A DNA stretch of 64,000 nt from Octopus sinensis. Taxonomy: Eukaryota. Positions within the stretch are counted from its first letter, which is position 1. The number at the start of each line of letters is the position of its first letter. The notes under the pieces were generated by a model. It saw nothing but the letters and a program-made list of their open reading frames with translations, made no database searches and had not been told where the DNA came from. Shown piece by piece: positions 1 to 64,000 of the stretch. The DNA lies in contig NC_043002.1 in NCBI RefSeq assembly GCF_006345805.1, positions 69,440,001 to 69,504,000 of the forward strand, in the 5' to 3' direction. The translations under genes and the position numbers were made by a program.

Positions 1-73
1 AAAGAATAAAGATGTTTTCGTAAGAATTTTTTCAAATTGTTTACCTTAATTTTCAAATTTCTTTTCCGATTAG

Positions 74-54300
<54,227 letters not shown>

Positions 54301-54691
54301 ATTGTCAGGGAATTTTATTTTTGTTTGACTACATCTACGTCTGATGCTAAATCCACACTGATAACACCAAAAAGTGGATCTCATATCCTGTCAATTCTGG
54401 ATAAAAATATTAATGTTAAACCTGGAAGCAGAGTCAACTCTTCACACCTTTTTACGCTCATAAACAGTTCGCCATCTTTTCGCGTGCACCTGACACCGAA
54501 CAGTTGTTGAAATTCTGGGGTATCTGCGTCTAATACACGCTTACCCCAAGTTCCCTAAGAGCGTCTTCTGATTTCGCAATGGTGCAAATGTAAATAAGAA
54601 AACAATGAGTTGATTCTGGTTTCATAACATTGCTGAAATGTTAAGTTCCATCTTGCCCATGTCGGACATTTGCTGAGACAAAATGAAAGAA

Positions 54692-54697
54692 AATAAA
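54692..54697 (+). promoter_or_regulatory. Candidate polyadenylation signal AATAAA
   Basis: First AATAAA I found after the stop, ~390 nt downstream, with U/GU-rich sequence following; another AATAAA at 55325. Confidence 0.4.
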
Positions 54698-54855
54698 ATT
54701 TGGAATTTTAGAAAAAAAACGTCTTGGTTTTATTTTATTTCACTGAATTCTGTGACTTGCCTTGGTTTCTTTAATACTGTATATTTTCTTGTAAAATTTG
54801 ATTTATAACATCCTACACATACAGTGCACCTGAGCACTGCTTACAAGTTCATTAT

Positions 54856-55171
54856 TACTACCTCCGTTTTAGCGAAGGTGGAGGTATTGTTTTCAGTCAT
54901 GTTTGTTTGTTTGTCTGTGGACAAGAAATCTCAAGAACCGCTGGATGGATTCGAATGAAACTTCCAGGAATGTTTGACCTTGTGACTAGCACCAACCGAT
55001 TAGATTTGAGGATCGATCTGGTACCGGAAAAGGATTCTGGATGATTTTTTTCTTTTTTTACTTAATTTTTGAGAGCGGTCGGGTTCATTTTTAGTATTCT
55101 CGTTTTAAAAATCATCTCTAGCTAAACGTTGAGAGGACGTTGGCGGAGGTTTGCGCTATCTGAGTGCTCTT
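54856..55171 (+). mobile_element. Helentron-type non-autonomous element (HINE/DINE-like)
   Basis: 5' acctccg..ggaggt sub-terminal hairpin, short (tgtt)n, 3' ggcggaggtttgcgctatctgagtgctctt; sits in a TAT-rich target. Confidence 0.6.
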
Positions 55172-55544
55172 ATTATTATGTTCACTTGTACGTGCTCGTT
55201 ACATAAAATCACATATACACACACAAACACATACACACGCACACACATACACACACACACAATGGTGATTGAAACTTATGGCATAACGTCACCTGCAAGT
55301 TGTTGAAACAATTTTAAACTATGGAATAAACATACTATTAACTTCAATCGTTACTTATTATATGTATATGCTACAACGCAAGCAGTCACTGATTTTCTGC
55401 CTATTCGAAACCTGAGTTTTCAAAGGAGAATTCCTCTTTTATACAGCTTCAAACAACCGGCAATCGTGTGAGTACTTCCTAAGGTAGACGCCGGGAGTAT
55501 CTGATCCCTCTTACCCACCTATATATATATGTGTGTGTGTGTGT

Positions 55545-55847
55545 GGAGGCGCAATGGCCCAGTGGTTAGGGCAGCGGACTCGCGGTCGTAGGATCGTGGT
55601 TTCGATTCCCAGACCGGGCGTTGTGAGTGTTTATTGAGCGAAAACACCTAAAAGCTCCACGAGGCTCCGGCAGGGGGTGGTGATCCCTGCTGTACTCTTT
55701 CACCAGTCTTTCTCTCACTCTTTCTTCTGTTGGCCTGCTCGCTTAGCCAGCGGGGTGGCGTCATTCGAAGGCTAAAACAATGCGAACGTATTGTGAGCAG
55801 CGGTGTGTAACAACATCTGATGGTCTGGTCGGTCTCGTGATCTCGTG

Positions 55848-55848
<1 letters not shown>
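55545..55848 (+). mobile_element. tRNA-derived SINE family C
   Basis: ggaggcgcaatggcccagtggttag (A box), ggtttcgattccc (B box); related copy at 40699-40925. Confidence 0.8.
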
Positions 55849-55897
<49 letters not shown>

Positions 55898-56260
55898 AGC
55901 AACAAGGATATACAGAGGTAATGTAGAACATGTTTTACCAACATCGTAGTTGTAAAAAACATGTTCTTTGTCTATCTCCTTATCCTCTTGGAGATTTTAG
56001 GTAAAATTATACTAATGTGTCCTTCTAATTTAATTAAATTCTATGTCTTTGTGCAACTGAAGATTGCTCTACATTTTAAATTGATGTAATGAAATGATTG
56101 CATTGTTCAATTAACTGGAGTCGCATGAAACAATCGTACTGCATAACCGCTGGATATCCTTGTTGCTTATTTTGAATCTAATCACCTTATTTTGAAATAG
56201 TATGGATAATACCGTACTAAATTCTGGTGCCTCAACTTAAGTACCATATTCATCTGAATC

Positions 56261-56312
<52 letters not shown>

Positions 56313-56401
56313 GGGAGAGTTCACGCAAAAAACAAAAGACGAAGACAGGTGGTGTATAAAACAGACAGATGTATTAGTATAACGCTCAGGAATAGAAAAA
56401 G

Positions 56402-56440
56402 TTTTTTACGTTTCGAGCCTACGCTCTTCTACAGAAAGGG
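56402..56440 (-). ncRNA. Minimal type I hammerhead-like motif (Penelope-associated type), A6U variant
   Basis: ttt-CTGTAGA-a-gagc(gtag)gctc-GAAA-c-GTA-aaa; palindromic ACGT stem III. Confidence 0.45.
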
Positions 56441-57136
56441 ACACAGAAAAAACAAGGAGCGAAAAAAATGTCTGTAGTGGCTACCGATCTATCATGGCGA
56501 CTGCCGCACAGAAGGGTCACACAGGACAGCGAAGAAGTAGGGGAGATAACAAAATAAAGATGACCCCCCCCAAAACGAAGGTGCGTATGTGTATAAGAGA
56601 GTATGTATGTGCGTTTGAAAGAGGGCTGGTGGTCTTGACGTGTGCGTGTGTGTATGTGTAGGTGTGAAAATGTGGGGATGGGAATTGGTCAGTGCTGGTG
56701 TGTGGGTGGTGTGTTGTTATGTGATGTGTAGTGTGGCATGGTGAAGTGTGGTGTGGTGTGATCTTGTTGGGAGGTGGGGGAGGCGAGAGTGGGGAAAGCA
56801 CGAGTGGGGTGTGGGTTAGGTTGAGGGTTTGGGTAGATTTGGGGTATGTGGGTAGGTAGAGGGTGGGGGTAGAGGTGGCGCTTGTGGGTAGGCAGAGGGT
56901 GGGGGGGGTATATATATATATATATATATATCTATATATATATATTATATATATATATATATATAAACACCCTGAAAAAGCAGCAATTAATTCCAAAATG
57001 CACACCAAGAAGCAAAATTTTGCAGTGTGCACGCAATTGCTGCAGAAACATGTAGGTGCAGAAATGAAAAGACGTGATTGACAGCAGAATAAAACTCGAT
57101 ATATAAATCTCTGTTCTCCTTATTATTAATTTATAC

Positions 57137-57172
<36 letters not shown>

Positions 57173-57179
57173 GTATGTA

Positions 57180-57214
<35 letters not shown>

Positions 57215-57251
57215 ATCTATCTATCTATATAATATATCTATGTGAATGTAC

Positions 57252-57318
<67 letters not shown>

Positions 57319-58590
57319 CAGAAAAGGATTCCTTTTGCTGTTGATGTTGCAAATTTAAATAAACTTTAATGGTGGGTCATCGTTCTTTCGTATGATTGTA
57401 ACCTGCAGGTGCTGGTACAATCACGACCACAGATAATGCAGAATATTTTTGGTAGTGTTGGTATAGTGAATCTTACTCTAGATTTTTTTTCTCTTTTCTG
57501 CTTGTTGTTTCTTCCAATTGGAAAAATTTTACTTCTTTCTTTAATTGGTCAGCGTCAGTCGCTGTATCTCTCCTGCAATCTCAGGTGACATCTTTAGATC
57601 CGAGTTTCAAACGCCAACTTGAACAGCTTTCCTATTTCAGCTCGTTGCAGATAACAGCCTTCAGAATCATAATGCCCTTGATGCTATTTTACACGTACCA
57701 CACATCCAAACTGGCATTTCAGGAGAATAGACTCAACTCCTAGCATAGAGCCATATTCACCTGGGATCTGCTCTTGGATACATGTGATCCACCAGTAACG
57801 TTGGCTTCGATAAAATAATATTCTTGCTTTTCACAGCGTCTGGCACCAGAACTTCAAAGGTGAATTAATTTCGTATGGCTTCAGTTCATTTCTTGTTCTT
57901 TATATCGAAGTTCCCTGTCAGTCATACTGATCAATTGCAGAGTATGCCAATTGATCTCTTCACTACCAAGTGCTTATCAGCTCCTGTGTAACTGAAAGTT
58001 TTACGCCTTTCACAGTTTCTCTTCTATAAATTAACCACCGTTCTGCTGCTGCCTTTAACCACAGGTATACACTACACATACACAAAGTGAGAGAGAGAGA
58101 GAGAAGGGGGGGGAAGGACTGAGAGAGAAGTGGGGATTTGGGGATTTCTGCAGATGATACCCATCTATCCCTATTTAACATTCTGCACATAGGTTTCATC
58201 AATATTGCAACCCAGACAGCTTACAGCTGGCGTTAGGCTTTCTTTGTTTCTATGCTCTGCACTGTCTCTTAGAAAACGTCTTTCAACATGTCTATGAGAA
58301 CATAATCTCCTTCACCGGTACGAATACAAAATCTCCATGCTTTTTTAGAAATCTGTTTTATACAATACAAAGACACAAACAACTGTAAAACGATGTATGA
58401 TAATCTTTCAGATCGAACATGGATATATTAAATAACACTTTCAAAGATACATACCAAAATCTGGGATTTTTTTTTTCACAGCCAGAAAATATTCAGCTGA
58501 GATCCTTCGGGTCCAAGTTTTACCCCTTAAGAATATTGCTCACCTGGCATGTGCTACATCTTAGAATTAATCCTAAATGACTATCTACAT

Positions 58591-58762
58591 CAGTGGTTCT
58601 CAACCAGAGTCCATATGTCCCTTGGCAGAGGGTCTATATAAGGTTTTGTTGTTAAAATTTAAGTGCAATAAATTGCTTATATATATGTCGAATGGCTATG
58701 AGGGTCCACTCGAGTAAAATAGGAATCAAAGGGCTCCATAGGCAAAAGATGGTTGAGAACTG
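58591..58762. mobile_element. hAT MITE
   Basis: cagtggttctcaacc ... ggttgagaactg; TSD atctacat/atctaaat. Confidence 0.75.
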
Positions 58763-59149
58763 ATCTAAATGATTGGCAAAGACTGTCTCCAACACGCTTA
58801 TAGTTCTTGCTCACGGATGCATTGTTTCTCCTTTCTTTCCCTTCAACTGATCGTGCAACGATTTCTGTTACTCTGACATAGAATGTGCTCAACCAAATTA
58901 TTCACAATACTCGTACCTTACCAATTCTCACCATCAATACACCCTCAAACAAAAAGTTTTACTTAATATTTTTAGCAACAGTTCCTCATCAAATCTCTCC
59001 AATTTATTTCCCGTTCAAGGTTATTGCATCAAACATCGATTTACATACATTTATACTAAATTTGAAACACATCAGCCCCACAGAGCTACGCATAACGTAA
59101 CTTTTCTCCGTTTTATTAAATATTAAAATATGCTTATGTTTGATGTTTT

Positions 59150-59560
59150 AGTATGTGGTTGTGAGATAAGAGGTTAGCTTCCCAACCCCATGGTTTCAGG
59201 CTAAGTTCCACGACGTGGCACCTTGGACAAATGTTTTCTACTATAACCTCGGACCGACCAAAGCCTAGTGTGTGGATGGATTTAATAGACGGAAACTGAA
59301 AGAAGCCCATCGTATATATATCACCGAACCTGGAGCTTAACTATAGTCTGTTCATTGCACTTACTCAGCATTACCTGACACCTTTGGGTCTTATTGACAC
59401 CATTACCTCTCATAACCTCTCTCTCTCTCTCTATGTGTGTGTGTGTGTGTGTGTGTTTGTCCCTATCACTGCTGGAAATCCAGTGTTGGTTTGTTTGTGT
59501 CCCAAGCGGTGCTACAGCATCGCCGCAGTCTAATGACTAAAACAAGGAAAAGAAAAAAGT
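59150..59560 (+). mobile_element. SINE family A, diverged
   Basis: Head, core and 3' tail motifs. Confidence 0.7.
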
Positions 59561-59894
59561 TTTGTTTATGTAACTTATTCAGCAACGCGATACGCCTCTC
59601 TCAACATCAATTATTCTCGGAGCAAATTGAAGAAGACGAGAGCATACTGCAGAACATGAACTTTCAACTATTCGTTATTTCTGGGTGGTTTTCAGGAAGA
59701 CAGTTCATAAAAGCTATATATGTATCAAATAGTTATACTAGTGAAATGAGTATAACTTTTTTACCAAGTAGTTTGGTCAACAAGAGGGTTTCTAAATGTT
59801 TCCTTTGACCATCTAGAACTAGCAACCAAATAACATTTAGATTACATTCTACTATTTTAAAAAATGTTGATATCTGAGATTACATTGGACAACG

Positions 59895-60115
59895 CACGAG
59901 CGGGTACTGAAAAGCTCCTGGCTTTGGGTAAAAGAAAATACAGGAGGATCAGTTAATTATGATTTTATTCAACATATTCCCCTCTCAGATTGACACACTT
60001 ATTGCAGCAGTCCTTCAGTTTTTCTAAGCCCTGCAAAAGAATTCGGAATATTGGGTCTCCAACCAGGCTTTTTGCGTTACCCTTAAAGCCAGGTATTTTT
60101 CAACACCCCATCGTA
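59895..60115. mobile_element. Mariner-like MITE
   Basis: ~30-bp imperfect TIRs: cacgagcgggtactgaaaagctcctggcttt and aaagccaggtatttttcaacaccccatcgta. Confidence 0.7.
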
Positions 60116-60362
60116 GTGTTAGGATATACGATGCCTGAATAAAAAAAAAGACGGATGGTTATAGGTATGCTCAGTTGAGGCCGTCCTGGAGCCAAATAAC
60201 TTTGCAACTGCATGGGTCCACCTCTTGTTTGTGAACCTTGCAACATGTTCAACTCAGCGGAACTTATTGCCTTTGGTATTCTGCGATTACATCGCTCACT
60301 CTACTTCATTCTCGAATTATCTCGTTTCAAATGTACCCTCTTAATGATATTCCTAGCATGAA

Positions 60363-60762
60363 TAGGCGAACTGGCAGAACCGTTAGCACGTCGGGCGAAA
60401 TGCTTTGTGGTATTTCGTCCGCCGCTGCGTTCTGACTTCAAATTTTGCCGAGGTCGACTTTGCCTTTCATCCTTTCGGGGTCGATTAAATAAGTACCAGT
60501 TACGCACTGGGGTCGATATAATCGACTTCATCTGTTTGTCCCCTCTGTGTTTAGCCGCTTGTTGGCAATAAAGAAATAGGTATTTCGTCCGCCGCTGCGT
60601 TCTGACTTCAAATTCCGCCGAGGTTGACTTTACCTTTCATCCTTTCGGGGTCAATTAAATAAGTACTAGTTATGCACTGGAGTCGATATAATCGACTTAA
60701 TCCGTTTGTCTGTCCTTGTGTGTCCTCTCTGTGTTTAGCCCCTGGTGGGTAGTAAAGAAATA
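60363..60762 (+). mobile_element. SINE family B dimer
   Basis: Two units in tandem flanked by a 17-bp TSD gatatt(c/t)ctagcatgaa. Confidence 0.85.
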
Positions 60763-61225
60763 GATATTTCTAGCATGAAGCATTTATACCAAACCAAAAA
60801 AGAATGTAACTTCTGTCATAAACTGTCAAAAATAAGGTCTCTGGTGAGTTCTTTTACTTGAGATGTAATTAAAATTTAAAACTGCAAAGTTTTGGACTAA
60901 TTTGTACTATTACCATCTTTCCATCTTTCAGAACTTCGGCAGTGGCGACTGGAACAGTAATGGTAATACGCTAGGAATGGATAGTTTAAAGAATGCTTTG
61001 CGGTAGAAAAAGTCCGCGGAATAAGTAGTTCTCTTCAGTAAGTCATGATATCCCCAACACGTTTAACATCGTTAATATTTAATGTTGCTTTTCCTTCACA
61101 GCGTAATTATTTGCTTTTCGATTCTCCCTGAATTAAATATGTTAAAACTAACTTAACAAAACAAGAAAAGTTTTATTTACATTATTTACATTCGACGGAT
61201 ATTTTCCCTCATCTTGTTTGTTGTT

Positions 61226-61271
61226 AACACAACGTTTTGGCTGATATACCCTCCAGCCTTCTTCAGGTGTC
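61226..61271 (-). ncRNA. Minimal type I hammerhead-like motif with G12A, probably inactive
   Basis: gacac-CTGAAGA-a-ggctg(10 nt)cagcc-AAAA-c-GTT-gtgtt; stems I and II pair. Confidence 0.45.
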
Positions 61272-61389
61272 TTGGGGAAATTTCGAACCTGGGTTCTCAT
61301 TCCTAAGGTATTTTTCGATGTTATCATTATTGTTATTGTTAGTGTTCAGGTCACTAACACTAACACTAACAATGATAATAATACTAATG

Positions 61390-61390
<1 letters not shown>

Positions 61391-61450
<60 letters not shown>
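61391..61450. repeat. (TAA)n microsatellite at the 5' end of the Dong-like LINE
   Basis: Direct inspection. Confidence 0.95.
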
Positions 61451-64000
61451 GGGAGAACACCGGGGACGTTTAAGATGTAAGAAGGAAAATACAGAGCTCC
61501 GAAATCTATCCACAAACATCGAAAACAAGGACATCCTATGGAGCCAAAGATTTACTAACAAAGAATTGGACAGTATCCGAGTAAGTAATACTAATTGAAA
61601 TTTATTACTATTTTCGAAACGAAATGATGTATTTTGACTCGATATTATCTCCACCTCTAACACAACACATGTAAACATGCGTGGAACATCACGATCATCC
61701 CCGACCTCAAACACCATGTACAAAGGAACTACGAAGAAATTAAATGCCACCGATACTATTCAACCCAAGAATAACAATCGAGCGGTACGTACATTAAACT
61801 TACAACAAAAAATGTACGAAAAACTACACGTGCGAAATAATGTGACAACAGAAATAAACGGACCGGTACCCTACGAAAATGACGACCGTCAAAATAATGG
61901 GCCGGACGTTGTACCTCATGTCCCGCAAATAAAACCCAAAAGACGTAAATGGACACGTGAGGAATACATTTCTATCTTACACGCATACTTCACAGCAATG
62001 CTCTACCCAAAAAATGAAAATACAACACAACAATACATATAAAATATGGAAGGAAAATAATAGAGATATAGACTTGGATACAGCAATGAACCCTAATAAA
62101 TTAGCTAACGTACGAAGATACATTCTCAATGCCAAAAAAATATCAGAAATAGAAATAGAACATTTAAAAGAAAATACCCAGGAAATGTAGATAGAAGCCA
62201 CACAACAATGCCCAATAATATAACACTGAAACTGTAAAACACGAAGACAAACGCAACATTCCCAACAAACCGATGTAAACAACGAAGGGGAGCCTAATGA
62301 TTATGATAATATAAAAAATAAAATAATCAAAGAACTGAAAACCACAGAGACCAAAATGGACCACCGACCATACCTCCCAAGAATAAAAATAAACGAAATA
62401 ACAACACCAATTATAAACAGCATAAACCTAGCCGTCACTGAACTAGCCACTGAAACAAAAAAAAGTGATATCACTGAACTAAATGACTTGATATACGCAG
62501 CAGCCACTGCAGCCACAAAAGAAGCTGGATACTCACCCAAACTCGCCCAAACAGGAGTACCACCACCCAAACAAACCCTGTGGATAAATAACATCCAAAA
62601 CAAAATAAAAAATTAGAAAAGACCTGTCGATTCTTAATGAAATCAGCAAACAATCAACGCTACTGAGCAACAAAAAGAGAACAAAAATGCTCCGCAAATA
62701 TAACATCACAGAAAAAGATTTGCCGGAGATAAAAGAAAAGCTGAAGCAAGATATCCTTGCCAAAGCTCAAAGGATCCCCGGTACGAGAAACGCCAACGCT
62801 TCTTTGAACAGAACAAAAAGTTCAACTCCAACCCCAAAAAGTTCTACCAAGAACAGGGAAAAATAAAATAGAAGTCACTGCAGCACCAACGGCAGAAGAA
62901 TTGGAAGAATTCTGGAGAGAAATATGGTCGGCGAACGAACAGCCAAAAAAAAGGAGTATCAAAATAACAAACTCGGCATCTGAACAACTTTGGACCCCCA
63001 TAACAACTGAAGAGGTCACACAGGCACTGCAAAAACTAAGCAACTGGAAGGCACCTGGGCATGACAAGATCCCCAACTTCTGGTTGAAATATCTAACAGG
63101 AATGCACAAAAAGCTGGCTGAAAACTTTAACACCATACTAGCAGAGCCAGAGACAATGCCTGAATGGCTCACGAAGGGGAAAACCATCTTAATTCCCAAA
63201 TCAAATGAAACAGCAAAACCAGAAACTACAGACCAATAACCTGCCTCCCTACTATGTTCAAGCATTTACTGCAGTGATATCGCAAAGGCTGAACAAGCAC
63301 CTGGACGAAAACAAACTGTTCCAGAAGAGCAGAAAGGATGCCGCAAAGACTCATATGGCTGTAAAGATCAACTATGATTAATAAAGCCATAACTGAAGAC
63401 AGCCACAGAAAGAAGAAAGGCCTCAGTATGGCCTGGATTGACTACAAAAAAGGCGTTTGATAGCATCCCCCACACATGGATCCTCGAAACACTAGCCATT
63501 AACAAAGTAGCACCAACAATCATAAAATTCATAGAGCACTCTATGAATAAATGGCAAACAGTCCTACACCTCCAAACAAAAGAGGGACTCATGAAAACCA
63601 AAGACATCCCCATTAGAAGAGGAATATTCCAGGGAGACACGCTCTCTCCACTCCTTTTCTGCTTGGCACTGTCACCTCTATCTGATATGCTAAATAGAAC
63701 TGGATGCGGATATAAATGTTACGGCAAAACGATCAGCTACCTTTTATATATGGATGACCTAAAACTATACGCCCTGCAAATGACAAACAGCTGGAAACAC
63801 TATTAAAGACAGTTCATGGATTTACCAAAGAAATAGATATGAAATTGGATTAGAAAAATGCGCCAAAGTAACCATGAAAAGAGGAAAACTAGAAGAGTAA
63901 CAACATCACACTAGATAAAACCAATGAAATAAAAGAATTAGACCAAAGCCAAACTTACAAATACTTAGGAATCCATGAACTAGATAAGACACAACACACA
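61451..64000 (+). mobile_element. R4/Dong-clade non-LTR retrotransposon (RLE type), frameshifted, runs past the window end
   Basis: N-terminal RRKWTREEY motif; RT motifs AWIDYKKAFDSIPH, RRGIFQGDTLSPLLF, LLYMDDLKLYA, GLEKCAK, YKYLG in shifting frames; starts directly after (TAA)n. Confidence 0.85.

Noticed and set aside
55545-55620. tRNA-like sequences (also the heads at 7098, 33039, 40699 and 16845)
   Set aside because: They continue into SINE bodies, several with TSDs, and lack a full cloverleaf; not called as tRNA genes
56517-57032. 171-aa Pro/His/Thr-rich minus-strand ORF
   Set aside because: Derived from degenerate GT/GGT-rich low-complexity sequence
57380-57960. Possible LINE fragment on the minus strand
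   Set aside because: Translations gave no recognisable RT or endonuclease motif

Overview
Eukaryotic DNA, almost certainly coleoid cephalopod (Octopus-like), inferred from its AT-richness, very dense microsatellites and tRNA/CORE-type SINE families. Positions ~74-54300 (+) hold a nearly complete fibrillar procollagen alpha-chain gene, comparable to vertebrate clade-A chains (COL1/2/3); the signal-peptide exon(s) lie upstream of the window. I traced 48 GT-AG coding exons (~1348 aa): a 39-aa minor helix, the N-telopeptide, a main helix of exactly 1014 residues, the C-telopeptide and a COLFI C-propeptide. All four Lys cross-link sites are in vertebrate register (K87 and K930 in KGHR). Notable points in the gene: (i) a near-identical 1.15-kb tandem duplication carries a second copy of the K930 exon, while the helix is canonical only with one copy; (ii) a single Gly->Pro break at helix residue 598; (iii) an RGD made by splicing directly before a register-conserved GFPGER; (iv) the C-propeptide lacks Cys2 and Cys3; (v) a 21-nt micro-exon holds the likely BMP-1 site. 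Introns and the 3' flank contain SINEs with strong + strand bias, hAT, Tc1/mariner, piggyBac-like and Helentron-like non-autonomous elements, long inverted repeats and several minimal hammerhead-like motifs. The window ends in a frameshifted R4/Dong-type LINE sitting behind a (TAA)n tract. All coordinates and alignments were read by eye; repeat boundaries are approximate.
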